Assembly: GCA_963932905.1 (NCBI GenBank)
Contig: CAWVRN010000002.1
Location: 160,001 to 224,000 of the forward strand
Origin: an uncultured Bdellovibrio sp.
Lineage (GTDB): Bacteria; Bdellovibrionota; Bdellovibrionia; Bdellovibrionales; Bdellovibrionaceae
Length of the DNA stretch: 64,000 bases
Reading direction: 5' to 3'
The notes below the pieces were generated by a model. The model saw only the letters and a list, made by a program, of their open reading frames with translations. It was not told the origin of the DNA and made no database searches. Of this stretch, positions 18,763-28,012 are shown one piece after another (positions within the stretch are counted from its first letter, which is position 1; each line of letters starts with the position of its first letter). The position numbers and the translations under genes were made by a program.

Positions 18763-20193
18763 ATGACAATAAATAAAATATCTAAGACCTTAGTCGTGAC
18801 CGGCGTGTTATGCTTTACAGTTGCGAATTTCGCGATGGCAAGTGAGAACGCAAATGAAATTAAAAAAAATGTAGAAAAAGTCGTTAATCAAAGCAAAGTT
18901 CCTAAAGGGGATTTAAGTCTGATGATTTCTTATATCAACAATCAGAAAAGTGAAGTTATCTACGAATTAAATTCTTCCGAGAAAAAAATTCCCGCATCGA
19001 TTAGTAAACTGACAACAGCGGCGGCCGTGTTAGATCAGTTTCCTCCTGGATACAAATTCAAAACTGTTTTAGGATTGGATCCTGATAAAATTTCGGGCGA
19101 TACTTATTCTGGCGATCTATATCTAAAAGGTGGCGGTGATCCTTCATTTGTTTCCGAGAACATGTGGTTTTTAGTGAATCAGTTTGAACGTAGCCAAATT
19201 AAAAAAATCAAAGGCTCAATTATCGTAGATGATTTACTTTTTGATAGTGTTCGTTTTGATGAAAGCCGCCAGGAAAACCGTGTAGATCGAGCTTATGATG
19301 CACCAGTGGGCGCTATGTCGTTCAACTGGAATTCGATCAACATTTTTGTGCGTCCAGATACCAGCGGCAAAAGACCAAAAGTATTTTTAGATCCTGATGT
19401 TGGTATGTTCACGGTAGAAAACAAAGCCACGCAAAATGAGGGCGATAAAGCAGAAATTTATGTGGAACGTAAAGGAACCCAAGTTATCGTCAGCGGCACT
19501 ATTGGCAAAAAGAGCAAAGAGTTCGTAGCATATAAAAATGTAGAAGATCCAGCTGACTGGAGTGGACGAAATCTAAAGTTATTCTTAAAACAACGTGGTA
19601 TCTTGGTCGATGGTGAGGTGAAGCCTGGGGTAATGCCAAAATCGATGAAGATTGTTTCTGAATATGAAAGCAAACCAATTGAAGCTGTCCTTGCCGACAT
19701 GAACAAGTTCTCAAATAACTACGTGGCTGAAATGTTAACCAAGAATCTTAGTATTTCTGGCGAGGCCGACATTGGAACTTTGAAAAAGGGCATGGTTAAA
19801 ATTAACGATTATCTGGCTCGTATTAAATTACCTAAAGATCAATATTATATGGTGAACCCTTCGGGTTTAACTCGTGAAAATAAAATGAGTGCAAAAGCGA
19901 TGACTCATTTACTGGAAACTATTCACAAAGATTTTAAAGTTTTCCCTGAGTTGTTGGTTTCCTTACCAATCGCGGGTGTAGATGGAACTTTGAAAAAACG
20001 TATGAAGGGCGAAGCCGCGGAACGTTGGGTTCGCGCGAAAACAGGATTTTTGACCGGCGTTGTAAGTCTAGCTGGCTATGCCGGACGTGCCGATGGTCGT
20101 GTTTATCAGTTCACTTTTATATTTAATGGCAGTGCAGACGAGGCCAGAATTAGAAACTTTTTTGATAAAATACTGAATACCTTGATAGACTAA
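18763..20193 (+). CDS. dacB: D-Ala-D-Ala carboxypeptidase/endopeptidase PBP4 (S13)
   Basis: PASISK (SxxK), GGGDP, SNN, KTG. Confidence 0.93.
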   Translation: MTINKISKTLVVTGVLCFTVANFAMASENANEIKKNVEKVVNQSKVPKGDLSLMISYINNQKSEVIYELNSSEKKIPASISKLTTAAAVLDQFPPGYKFKTVLGLDPDKISGDTYSGDLYLKGGGDPSFVSENMWFLVNQFERSQIKKIKGSIIVDDLLFDSVRFDESRQENRVDRAYDAPVGAMSFNWNSINIFVRPDTSGKRPKVFLDPDVGMFTVENKATQNEGDKAEIYVERKGTQVIVSGTIGKKSKEFVAYKNVEDPADWSGRNLKLFLKQRGILVDGEVKPGVMPKSMKIVSEYESKPIEAVLADMNKFSNNYVAEMLTKNLSISGEADIGTLKKGMVKINDYLARIKLPKDQYYMVNPSGLTRENKMSAKAMTHLLETIHKDFKVFPELLVSLPIAGVDGTLKKRMKGEAAERWVRAKTGFLTGVVSLAGYAGRADGRVYQFTFIFNGSADEARIRNFFDKILNTLID

Positions 20194-20197
20194 ACAA

Positions 20198-21409
20198 ATG
20201 AAATATTTGTTTTTATATCTGTTTTTTTTGAGCGCTGGAATTACTGTTTCCGCGTCTGCAAATTCTGAGGATACTCCTGTTACTCATGATGAAATTTTAG
20301 GTGCCTCGAATCCTTTTGGAGCCCGTGAGTGGCGCAACCCTGATTTTGAATCGCAAGGTAACTATATTGGTGCCAGTAAAAATGCATTTAAGGTCCCTAA
20401 AGGAATGGAAGAACGGGTAGAGTTCTGGAAAAAAGTCTACACTGAGTATACGTCAGAGCAGGGAGTTATTCATAACACCGAAAACATCGGCGAGATTTAT
20501 AAAAAAGTCGACTTTGCCGATATCGTTAGCAATAAAGACCTAACTCGTTATCAAATTGAAAAAGAAAAGCAGAAGCGTGTTGATAATTTAAAGAAAATTA
20601 TTTTATTAGAGAAGCCAAGTCTGAAAATGGATGACCTTCGTTTTCAGTTAGGGCAGAAGGATCGCGTAGAAACAGCTATTTTCCTATCCGGTCGCTACAT
20701 CGAGGATTTCGAAGATATTTTCCGCCAGAATCAATTACCAATACAACTCACTCGGCTTGTATTTGTGGAAAGCTCATTTAACGTGTTAGCGCGCTCGAAA
20801 GTAGGTGCCAGTGGATTGTGGCAAATTATGCCATCCAATGCGCGTCCTTATCGCATGATGGGACCACTGGTAGATAAACGAAACCATCCAATCGAAGCGA
20901 CCAAGTTGGCAGCGAAGCTTTTAAAAAATAATTATGGCATGCTGGAAGACTGGCCTCTGGCCGTAACCGGCTACAATCACGGTCCTACGGGTGTTATGAA
21001 AATGACGAAGAAGTATAAAACGCGCGATTTAGCGGAACTGATTGAAAATGTTAATTCAAGGAAAAGTTTTGGTTTTGCCTCTAGAAATTTCTATGCTAGT
21101 TTTCTTGCGATCTTAGAAGTCGAAAGTAATGCGCCTAAGTATTTCAAAAATATCAAATGGTCGAAACGCATTCCTGGTGAGCCTTTAAAAATGAAGCATC
21201 CTTTGCCGTTTGAAATGCTGACTCGTTGGTTTGATAATGATTTGTTGAAATTGCAAATTTATAACCCCCATTTAAGTCGCAAATTGATTTCTAAATCAGA
21301 TCCGGTTCCACATGGGACTTGGTTATTGATTCCAGAAAAATCATATCTGACGGCATTGTCAGATATGGCGCGTATCAAACGAAGAGTCGCGAGTTTAGAG
21401 AAGAACTAG
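20198..21409 (+). CDS. lytic transglycosylase (SLT, MltD-like)
   Basis: VESSF, GASGLWQIM, GYNHG; signal peptide. Confidence 0.9.
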   Translation: MKYLFLYLFFLSAGITVSASANSEDTPVTHDEILGASNPFGAREWRNPDFESQGNYIGASKNAFKVPKGMEERVEFWKKVYTEYTSEQGVIHNTENIGEIYKKVDFADIVSNKDLTRYQIEKEKQKRVDNLKKIILLEKPSLKMDDLRFQLGQKDRVETAIFLSGRYIEDFEDIFRQNQLPIQLTRLVFVESSFNVLARSKVGASGLWQIMPSNARPYRMMGPLVDKRNHPIEATKLAAKLLKNNYGMLEDWPLAVTGYNHGPTGVMKMTKKYKTRDLAELIENVNSRKSFGFASRNFYASFLAILEVESNAPKYFKNIKWSKRIPGEPLKMKHPLPFEMLTRWFDNDLLKLQIYNPHLSRKLISKSDPVPHGTWLLIPEKSYLTALSDMARIKRRVASLEKN

Positions 21410-21855
21410 TTTTTAGATAAGCAGTAATTAAGAGCGACATTTCTGTTATGAGGAAATGTCATTTCATCTGTGATGCTTTTGCAACGAGAACGTTTAACAT
21501 TGATGTTTTCAATGCACGTCCATAGCGCGCGATCGCGATTTTCAGAGTAGTAAAGTTTTTTTGCAGTTCCTATGCATTCGTCCATTTTCATTTTAAAAAT
21601 ATTATCATTGATGCAGCCAGCAATCAGTGAATCCGATGATGTTGTATGTTCTAGAACACGAGCTAAATTAAGGCATAGGTCGACAGATTTTTTAGCACGG
21701 CCTTGATTGAAGCAATTGATTTTCTCTGCGTCACGATCTGCCGGTGATTCCAGTTTATTGGATGCGCTTAAACACATGCGATAGTTATCGCGAGGATTGG
21801 CTGCCAGAGAAAGTAGAGGTAGTAGTATGAACAAAATTATGTTTTTCATATTCAC
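21406..21855 (-). CDS. secreted Cys-repeat protein (4 x C-X19-C)
   Basis: signal peptide; four ~33-aa repeats, each with two Cys 20 apart. Confidence 0.75.
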   Translation of the reverse strand: MNMKNIILFILLPLLSLAANPRDNYRMCLSASNKLESPADRDAEKINCFNQGRAKKSVDLCLNLARVLEHTTSSDSLIAGCINDNIFKMKMDECIGTAKKLYYSENRDRALWTCIENINVKRSRCKSITDEMTFPHNRNVALNYCLSKN

Positions 21856-21998
21856 AGCAACCGGAGTATAGCACGAAATTGGGAAAAAGTCTCAAATTTC
21901 ACGTAGAAAATGATTGTAAACAAAGATGACGGTGTAGCGAGCATTAAAACGCTTTTAAAATGTGTTTTAAGGAAAGTGACACTTTCGGGCTTTTCGAG

Positions 21999-22316
21999 CT
22001 ATTGAAACCGTGAAAGCATTTTCTTAGAAATTTCGTCTTTTTTGATAAAAGTGATTCCAAAACCAACGCCTTTTTTCCAAACAACTTGGCCAAAAAGGTT
22101 GCGGGTTTTGTTTAAAGATTTAAGAGGTAGGATAATTCGAATGCAGTCTCCTTCTTGTGGAACGTAATCACCTTTTGTTAATTCCAAAAAGCAACCTGAC
22201 GTTGAAAGGTTTTTCATCGTACCTTTCATGGTCTCCATCCGGCCAAAAACCTCTATGTTTGCCATTTCATTGGTAGTGAATCTTCTCGCAACTTCTTGCA
22301 TACGTCCCCTCGACAT
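21999..22316 (-). CDS. PilZ domain protein
   Basis: NLSTSGC (D/NxSxxG), GQVVW..GFGITF. Confidence 0.8.
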   Translation of the reverse strand: MSRGRMQEVARRFTTNEMANIEVFGRMETMKGTMKNLSTSGCFLELTKGDYVPQEGDCIRIILPLKSLNKTRNLFGQVVWKKGVGFGITFIKKDEISKKMLSRFQ

Positions 22317-22449
22317 ATTAAGTATATCGTACTTTTTCGGTTCTATATGAAGGCCGTTTCTAGATTTCTTTTCTATAGGAAATTATGTCATTTGAAACAG
22401 ATCTGCGTCTAAATTCGAGAGTCTCTTACCATAAACGTCTGTTTGAGTT

Positions 22450-22464
22450 GTATCAAATCGAGAC
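22450..22464. promoter_or_regulatory. palindromic motif GTCTCA-N3-TGAGAC copy (second degenerate copy at 22407-22421)
   Basis: GTATCA-AAT-CGAGAC; GTCTAA-ATT-CGAGAG. Confidence 0.45.
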
Positions 22465-22478
22465 TTAGTGGGACGTTT

Positions 22479-22976
22479 TTATTTGCGATGATAAACTTTA
22501 AAATCCATGCCGACATTGCCGTCGAAAGAACGTTTTAGAACTTCTTCGCGGAATTGGGTCTTGTCAAATTCAGGAAAGAACGTATCGCCGTCATAGTTTT
22601 TGCTGAGTTCTGTGAGAACGATCTTGTTTGCTAGTGGGATAAACAACTTATAAATTTCAGCACCGCCAATGACACAGACCTCATCGGGCCAGCCGGCTTT
22701 GATCAGCTCTTGTGCTTTGGCTGTGGATTGATCGACGCTGGATACAAACTGAACTCGGTCCTGTGCCTGCGACGGAGCCGATCGCGAAATAACAATATGA
22801 AATCGGTTCGGCAGCACTTTAGGAAGCGAGTCGAATGTTTTTCGACCCATAATCATAACTTTGTTTTTCGTATATGTTTTGAAAAACTCTAGATCTTCCG
22901 GCAGGTGCCAGATCAATTTGTTATTGTTTCCAATCGTGCGATTTTTTGCCATCGCGGCTACAAGAGACAAAATCAT
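22479..22976 (-). CDS. folA: dihydrofolate reductase
   Basis: [37 protein letters not shown]. Confidence 0.95.
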   Translation of the reverse strand: MILSLVAAMAKNRTIGNNNKLIWHLPEDLEFFKTYTKNKVMIMGRKTFDSLPKVLPNRFHIVISRSAPSQAQDRVQFVSSVDQSTAKAQELIKAGWPDEVCVIGGAEIYKLFIPLANKIVLTELSKNYDGDTFFPEFDKTQFREEVLKRSFDGNVGMDFKVYHRK

Positions 22977-23767
22977 ACGCTGATTTCTGCTTTGATCGTA
23001 GGATGTGATTCGTATCCGATAACTTGAATATCTTCGTATTTGAAATCATCGATGTTTTTAACGTCAGGATTTAAAACCAGTTTTGGTAGAGGCAAAGGCG
23101 AGCGTGTTAATTGCAGTTTTGCTTGCTCGACATGATTTAAATATAAATGGGCGTCACCCAATGTATGAACAAATTCACCCACACCTAGTCCGCAAACTTG
23201 CGCCACCATATGCACTAACAATGCATAACTAGCAATATTGAAGGGAACACCTAAAAAGATATCAGCACTACGTTGGTATAACTGACAAGATAGCTTTCCA
23301 TTGCTTACATAAAATTGAAAGAAGGCATGACAAGGTGGAAGTGCCATTTTGCTGACTTCACCAGGATTGAACGCGATCACAAGATGACGACGTGAATTAG
23401 GGTCTTTTTTGATCGAATCGATCACTTGCTGAAGCTGATCGATGGTTTGGCCATCGGCTGTTTTCCATCTGCGCCATTGTTCGCCGTAAACGGGGCCAAG
23501 ATCGCCATTTTCATCCGCCCATTCATCCCAAATGCTAACTTTGTTATCACGCAGGTATTTGATATTTGTGTCGCCTTTAACAAACCATAGCAGTTCGTGA
23601 AAGATAGATCGTGTATGTAGTTTTTTTGTCGTAACTAGAGGAAATCCGTTTTCCAAGTTGTAGCGCGCTTGATGACCGAACACGCTTAATGTGCCCGTTC
23701 CCGTGCGATCTGATTTCTTTTCTCCGTGCTCTAGAACATGACTTAAAAGGTCTAGGTATTGCTTCAT
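22973..23767 (-). CDS. thyA: thymidylate synthase
   Basis: [37 protein letters not shown]. Confidence 0.98.
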   Translation of the reverse strand: MKQYLDLLSHVLEHGEKKSDRTGTGTLSVFGHQARYNLENGFPLVTTKKLHTRSIFHELLWFVKGDTNIKYLRDNKVSIWDEWADENGDLGPVYGEQWRRWKTADGQTIDQLQQVIDSIKKDPNSRRHLVIAFNPGEVSKMALPPCHAFFQFYVSNGKLSCQLYQRSADIFLGVPFNIASYALLVHMVAQVCGLGVGEFVHTLGDAHLYLNHVEQAKLQLTRSPLPLPKLVLNPDVKNIDDFKYEDIQVIGYESHPTIKAEISV

Positions 23768-23910
23768 TTCCAGCCTCCTTAGCTCAACATATAGACTCGA
23801 TTGGGGAGTTTCAAAATCTTTTTAAAATTGATGAAAGGCGATGTAAATTTCCAGTTGTCTTTAACGCGTTTAAAAATTAATTTAAGGGAGACATATTTAG
23901 GAGAAAGCAC

Positions 23911-24051
23911 ATGGAAAAACTACCTCCATCAGAAATTAAAGCTAAAAACCCGGAACAGACATTCAAAGAAATGATCCCGTTTCTGTTTTATGCCGCCATC
24001 CCATTGGCTATAACGATTATATTAGCCCTAACATTCGGCCCCCCATACTAA
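23911..24051 (+). CDS. 46-aa single-TM small protein MEKLPPSEIKAKNPEQTFKEMIPFLFYAAIPLAITIILALTFGPPY (not in ORF track)
   Basis: AGGAG RBS before the ATG; one hydrophobic helix. Confidence 0.65.
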   Translation: MEKLPPSEIKAKNPEQTFKEMIPFLFYAAIPLAITIILALTFGPPY

Positions 24052-24059
24052 GCGCAACC

Positions 24060-24140
24060 GAGTGCCTTTAAAACGGGCTAACTCTTCGTTCGGGGACGCT
24101 AGTTTCCGCGGCCTCGATTTAGCCCCTTTTAAAGACACTC
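24060..24140. repeat. 22-bp inverted repeat enclosing a GC-rich 37-nt core (REP/MITE-like)
   Basis: GAGTGCCTTTAAAACGGGCTAA ... TTAGCCCCTTTTAAAGACACTC, 20/22 complementary. Confidence 0.7.
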
Positions 24141-24171
24141 TAGAGCTGTTTTCAAAAGTTATTTTAATACT

Positions 24172-24204
24172 AAAAAAATAAAAAAAGGCTGCCAGGGGCA
24201 GCCT
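24172..24204 (-). terminator. Rho-independent terminator of the upp-hpt transcript
   Basis: AGGCTGCC-agg-GGCAGCCT preceded by A runs (U tract on the minus strand). Confidence 0.75.
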
Positions 24205-24212
24205 AATTATTT

Positions 24213-24470
24213 GAACTGGCCCCTTAGCCTGCGGCTAAGGCCAGGTAAAATATCGCCAAATCAAGTGAATTTAAAACGTGCTCTCTAAAATCCAGAAAGA
24301 TCCAACACGCTCGCTTTTTTGAGGGATCGAAACTCGAATGTATTACGAGTTAATTCGGATAATAATTTTTTTTTGAAAAACTGTTTCAAGACAGCGCTTT
24401 AAAATTTCAGCTAAACAACTGTCTTTCCAATAGAATTTGGCTTCTTAGCCGCAAGCTAAGGAGCCAGTTC
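24213..24470. repeat. 258-bp element bounded by 27-bp inverted repeats that are themselves hairpins
   Basis: GAACTGGCCCCTTAGCCTGCGGCTAAG (24213-24239) vs reverse complement of 24444-24470, 25/27 match. Confidence 0.7.
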
Positions 24471-24475
24471 TTAAA

Positions 24476-25000
24476 TTATTGGAAGTTTTGTACTTGGCCG
24501 ATGTAAGGTAGGTTTCTGTATTGGCCTTCGTAATCTAGGCCGTAACCTACTACGAATTCGTTGCTGATTTTAAAACCAACGTGATCTAGCTGACATGGGA
24601 CTTTTAGCGCTTCTGGTTTTTCTAGAAGAGTTACTGTCGTTAGGCTTGCTGGTTTACGAGATAGGATTGAGTTTTTTAGGTAGTTCATCGTTAAACCTGT
24701 GTCTACGATGTCTTCGACTAGCAGTACGTGGCGGTTTTCAACCGGTTTGTTTAAATCTAGAGTTACTTTGATTTCACCTGATGATGAAGTGCCGTGATAG
24801 CTAGAAACACCGTAGAATTCACAGGCTAAATCAGTGTCGATGTTACGAATTAAATCAGAGTAAAACATGAACGAGCCTTTTAGTACGCAAACAGCGACAA
24901 CGTCTTTGTTTTGGAATTTCTTAGTTAACTCTTTACCTAGCTCTTGTACGCGTTGTTGAATTTTTTCTGCAGAGATAAACGGCTTGATTTGTAATTCCAT
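24476..25000 (-). CDS. hpt: hypoxanthine phosphoribosyltransferase
   Basis: VLKGSFMF, SSY, VEDIVDTGLT, FVVGYGLDY. Confidence 0.96.
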   Translation of the reverse strand: MELQIKPFISAEKIQQRVQELGKELTKKFQNKDVVAVCVLKGSFMFYSDLIRNIDTDLACEFYGVSSYHGTSSSGEIKVTLDLNKPVENRHVLLVEDIVDTGLTMNYLKNSILSRKPASLTTVTLLEKPEALKVPCQLDHVGFKISNEFVVGYGLDYEGQYRNLPYIGQVQNFQ

Positions 25001-25103
25001 GTTTTTTCCTTATTCCTTAAAAGCTGATGTCAGCATTCTAGTTAAAAATCGGTGTAAAGTTCAACCTTAAAGTGGACCAACGAGGCTAACTCAGGCTTAA
25101 AAA

Positions 25104-25892
25104 CTACACGAAAGAGTTATTCATAACTTCACCGAAACCACCACCGCCAGGAACGATGTAGTCTTTGGCGTTTAACCCTTTTTCTTCGTTCCAAAGTGCT
25201 CCGGGTTCGCTTGCTAACGCTTTTGAACTAGAAAGTCCTCGATCTAAACGAATAGCCACAACTAGGACATCCGGGTGTGTTTCTGTGATTTTCTTCAAAT
25301 ATTCGGGGGTCACAATTAAATGCATTGCAATAAAACGAACCGGCCTACCTGGCACGTTGTGTTTGTAATGATTAATAGTCGACATAATCGTATTGCCGGT
25401 AGCGCCCATTGGATCAGGGATTAGAACAAAGCTGTTCTCGATTCCGCCGCCAATTTTAAATCCATCCAGTTCTGTTTTAGTCACTTGGCTGTTGGAATTG
25501 ATCGCACGAGCCGCAAAGATATGATCCTGGCGAATATTTTCAGGCTTCAAAAACAAATGAAGTTTTTCGTAGCAGATGTGGGACGGGTAGGTACCGGCGC
25601 GAGCTAGGTTTATACAAACGGCCTTAGCTTCCGGAGTGATCTGCTGAGTTTTTAGCAAAACCTCTGGGTGGTCTTTGTGCATTCGAGTCGCCACTGAGAT
25701 GTCTTGCACAGGAAAGAAATTATTTACGACTTCTGCTAAAAGCTGTGAATACAAGTAATCAACATAGCGGTTGATTTCAGGTTGGAATGTCGTTGGCTGA
25801 CACAATTTAGCTAGTAGACCAAGAAGATAGGGGTGATCAAAAAAGTGAACGTTTTTTCCGTAATGATGTTTCATTACGAGGTCTTTTACCAA
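25104..25892 (-). CDS. upp: uracil phosphoribosyltransferase (divergent type); start likely ATG 25874
   Basis: HP, ARAG, PDPMGATG, LN.KDYIVPG.G. Confidence 0.8.
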   Translation of the reverse strand: MVKDLVMKHHYGKNVHFFDHPYLLGLLAKLCQPTTFQPEINRYVDYLYSQLLAEVVNNFFPVQDISVATRMHKDHPEVLLKTQQITPEAKAVCINLARAGTYPSHICYEKLHLFLKPENIRQDHIFAARAINSNSQVTKTELDGFKIGGGIENSFVLIPDPMGATGNTIMSTINHYKHNVPGRPVRFIAMHLIVTPEYLKKITETHPDVLVVAIRLDRGLSSSKALASEPGALWNEEKGLNAKDYIVPGGGGFGEVMNNSFV

Positions 25893-25909
25893 AGGTTGTG
25901 CACAAGTCT

Positions 25910-26974
25910 CTATTTATTTTCGATAGTGTAAAAAAATACTGAGAAAGTTTTTCCGCCAAGAAAATTTTGCGACTTAAAAATCTCAAACGGGCTAATGGCC
26001 GTTAGGTATTCCTGCTGCGAGGTCATGGGGAATTTTGAAAGTATTTCAGCCATGTAGTAGGTCTGCATGCGGTCTGAATCGACATCGATCTCGCCACCGC
26101 CGATATAATCCAAATTTTGGTAGCTTTTGGCGCCGCTGTCCTGGCCGCCCACTTGGAATCGCTTAATAACTTTTACTTCTAACTGCAAACGGCCATTCGG
26201 TGAGTCTTTGACGGTTACGGTGTGGGTAATCCCTACGTCACTATCGACACCCGAGCTTTTAAGTCCCTGAAACCATTCGGTCGGTTTGTCTTTTTCGATC
26301 GTTTTAGATAGCTCAGTGTAGGCATTAAAGTCATCGCGGTAGGACAACACTCGAGTCATAGGAATGTTCATCACGCCTTGAGCAAAATCTGTGCTGTTCA
26401 TTTGGCCGTTAGCGCGTGCTTCTTGGGCCAGAATATCAAGGCCCTTTTGGGAGACTTCGGCAAAGTAAATTTTTAGTTCGTATTTACGAGTCGCAGTTTC
26501 GTCTTTAGCGGCTACCGGGTCCTTTTTAAACAGCTGATTTTCTAAATGCTGACGAATCTCTTCCGGAGTTTGATGTTTGATATCTTTGCCACTATCTGCT
26601 GCGGCGGCTGCCGTAGAAGGTTGGGGCGCAGTGTTTGGAGGCGTTTGCGAAGCATTGGAATTTGAATCTTCTTTTACGCCCCCAGTGACTTCAACTTGAG
26701 TAGATTCCTCATTGACGTATTGACGTTGAGAGAGACTAAATTTTTTGGAGTCTTTAGAGGCCGTACTGTGGACGCCGCGACTGGTTTTGAAAAAGTAAAA
26801 TGTGCCGGCGAACAAGGCTAAAATAACAAAAAAGAATACAGCCGTGGCGTTTTTAAGGATTTTGCCCACCAGTGTATCTGCTGGCGGTTTAAACGCAGCC
26901 ATCTCAATTCCGCATTTGGCGCAGAATGGATCTTTGGGCTGTTCAAAATGGCATTTCGGACATCGGACTAACAT
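25910..26974 (-). CDS. zinc-ribbon membrane-anchored hypothetical protein
   Basis: start re-assigned to MLVRCPKC..CAKC; one TM followed by an extracytoplasmic domain. Confidence 0.7.
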   Translation of the reverse strand: MLVRCPKCHFEQPKDPFCAKCGIEMAAFKPPADTLVGKILKNATAVFFFVILALFAGTFYFFKTSRGVHSTASKDSKKFSLSQRQYVNEESTQVEVTGGVKEDSNSNASQTPPNTAPQPSTAAAAADSGKDIKHQTPEEIRQHLENQLFKKDPVAAKDETATRKYELKIYFAEVSQKGLDILAQEARANGQMNSTDFAQGVMNIPMTRVLSYRDDFNAYTELSKTIEKDKPTEWFQGLKSSGVDSDVGITHTVTVKDSPNGRLQLEVKVIKRFQVGGQDSGAKSYQNLDYIGGGEIDVDSDRMQTYYMAEILSKFPMTSQQEYLTAISPFEIFKSQNFLGGKTFSVFFYTIENK

Positions 26975-26980
26975 ATCTAC

Positions 26981-27027
26981 AGGATAAGAGAATAGCCATT
27001 GACGCACAATTAAAAAATTCTTACTTT
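26981..27027. promoter_or_regulatory. overlapping divergent sigma70-type promoters, both apparently leaderless
   Basis: + strand TTGACG-N17-TACTTT-6nt-ATG(27034); - strand TTGTGC-N17-TATCCT-6nt-ATG(26974). Confidence 0.55.
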
Positions 27028-27033
27028 CGGCCC

Positions 27034-27906
27034 ATGCTTCATATACCGGTCCTTTCGAATGAAATAGTCACTGCTTTTGAACCTTTTGTAGATCAATCTG
27101 AGATCGTTTATTTAGATGGTACCTTCGGGCGTGGTGGCCATTATAAGCTACTTCTGGAAAAGAATCCCAACCTTAAAACCTTTGCTTTTGACCAGGACCC
27201 AGATGCCCACACGTATGCTCACGAACATTTTGCGGATTTAATTCAATCAAAAAGATTGAATTTGTACCAAGATAACTTTTTGAATTTTGATAAACACTAT
27301 TCCGGTGGTATCGACTTCGCACTTTTAGATTTAGGTGTCAGTTCACCACAGTTAGACCGCCCCGAGCGCGGTTTTAGCTTCTATCATGATGGCCCACTGG
27401 ATATGCGCATGAATAATTTAGAAGGCGAAACGGCAGCTGATCTTGTGAATAGCATGAGCGAAAATGATCTAGTGGTCTTGTTCAAGACTTTCGGAGAGAT
27501 CCACAATCCATTTCGTGTGGTTCGCGCCATTGTTGAAGATAGAAAAGCGACTCCCTTCACAACGACAAAACAGTTAGCTGGTTTGATTGAACGAGTGGAT
27601 GGATGGCGCAAGAAAGGATTCCATCCGGCGACTCAGTATTTCATGGCATTGCGACTGAAAGTAAATCGTGAATTAGAAGTTGTCGATCAAGTTTTGCCAA
27701 AACTGATGGAGAAAATGAACAAGAATGGTCGCTTGGCTGTTATCACGTTTCATTCGTTAGAAGATCGTATTGTCAAAAATCTATTTCGTATTTATCCAGA
27801 ACTTGGCGATCCATTACGCCGTAAAGTGACTCACCCAACACGCGAGGAAGAATTAGCAAATCCTCGTAGTCGCAGTGCCAAGCTGCGTGTGTTTGTACGT
27901 ACGTAG
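27034..27906 (+). CDS. rsmH: 16S rRNA m4C1402 methyltransferase
   Basis: HIPVL, DGTFGRGGH, DLGVSSPQLD..RGFSF..GPLDMRM, NPRSRSAKLR; start re-assigned from 26926. Confidence 0.96.
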   Translation: MLHIPVLSNEIVTAFEPFVDQSEIVYLDGTFGRGGHYKLLLEKNPNLKTFAFDQDPDAHTYAHEHFADLIQSKRLNLYQDNFLNFDKHYSGGIDFALLDLGVSSPQLDRPERGFSFYHDGPLDMRMNNLEGETAADLVNSMSENDLVVLFKTFGEIHNPFRVVRAIVEDRKATPFTTTKQLAGLIERVDGWRKKGFHPATQYFMALRLKVNRELEVVDQVLPKLMEKMNKNGRLAVITFHSLEDRIVKNLFRIYPELGDPLRRKVTHPTREEELANPRSRSAKLRVFVRT

Positions 27907-28012
27907 CTAAGCCTGGACCCGATAATAGTCGCGTCCAGAGGTCTGGCGGCTATTGTCTTAGGTTTTCCCTTTTTTACCACAATAATGTTTAATTAAGGGA
28001 AAGAGGTCATGG

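Noticed and set aside
24213..24470. 6S RNA or other named ncRNA
   Set aside because: The ends pair, but I cannot see a continuous rod with a central bubble or any family signature; kept only as an unnamed structured element.
26926..27033. N-terminal extensions of rsmH and ORF 25910-27007 that would overlap head-to-head
   Set aside because: RsmH homology begins at MLHIPVL (27034) and the zinc ribbon at MLVRCPKC (26974); the interval holds divergent promoters.
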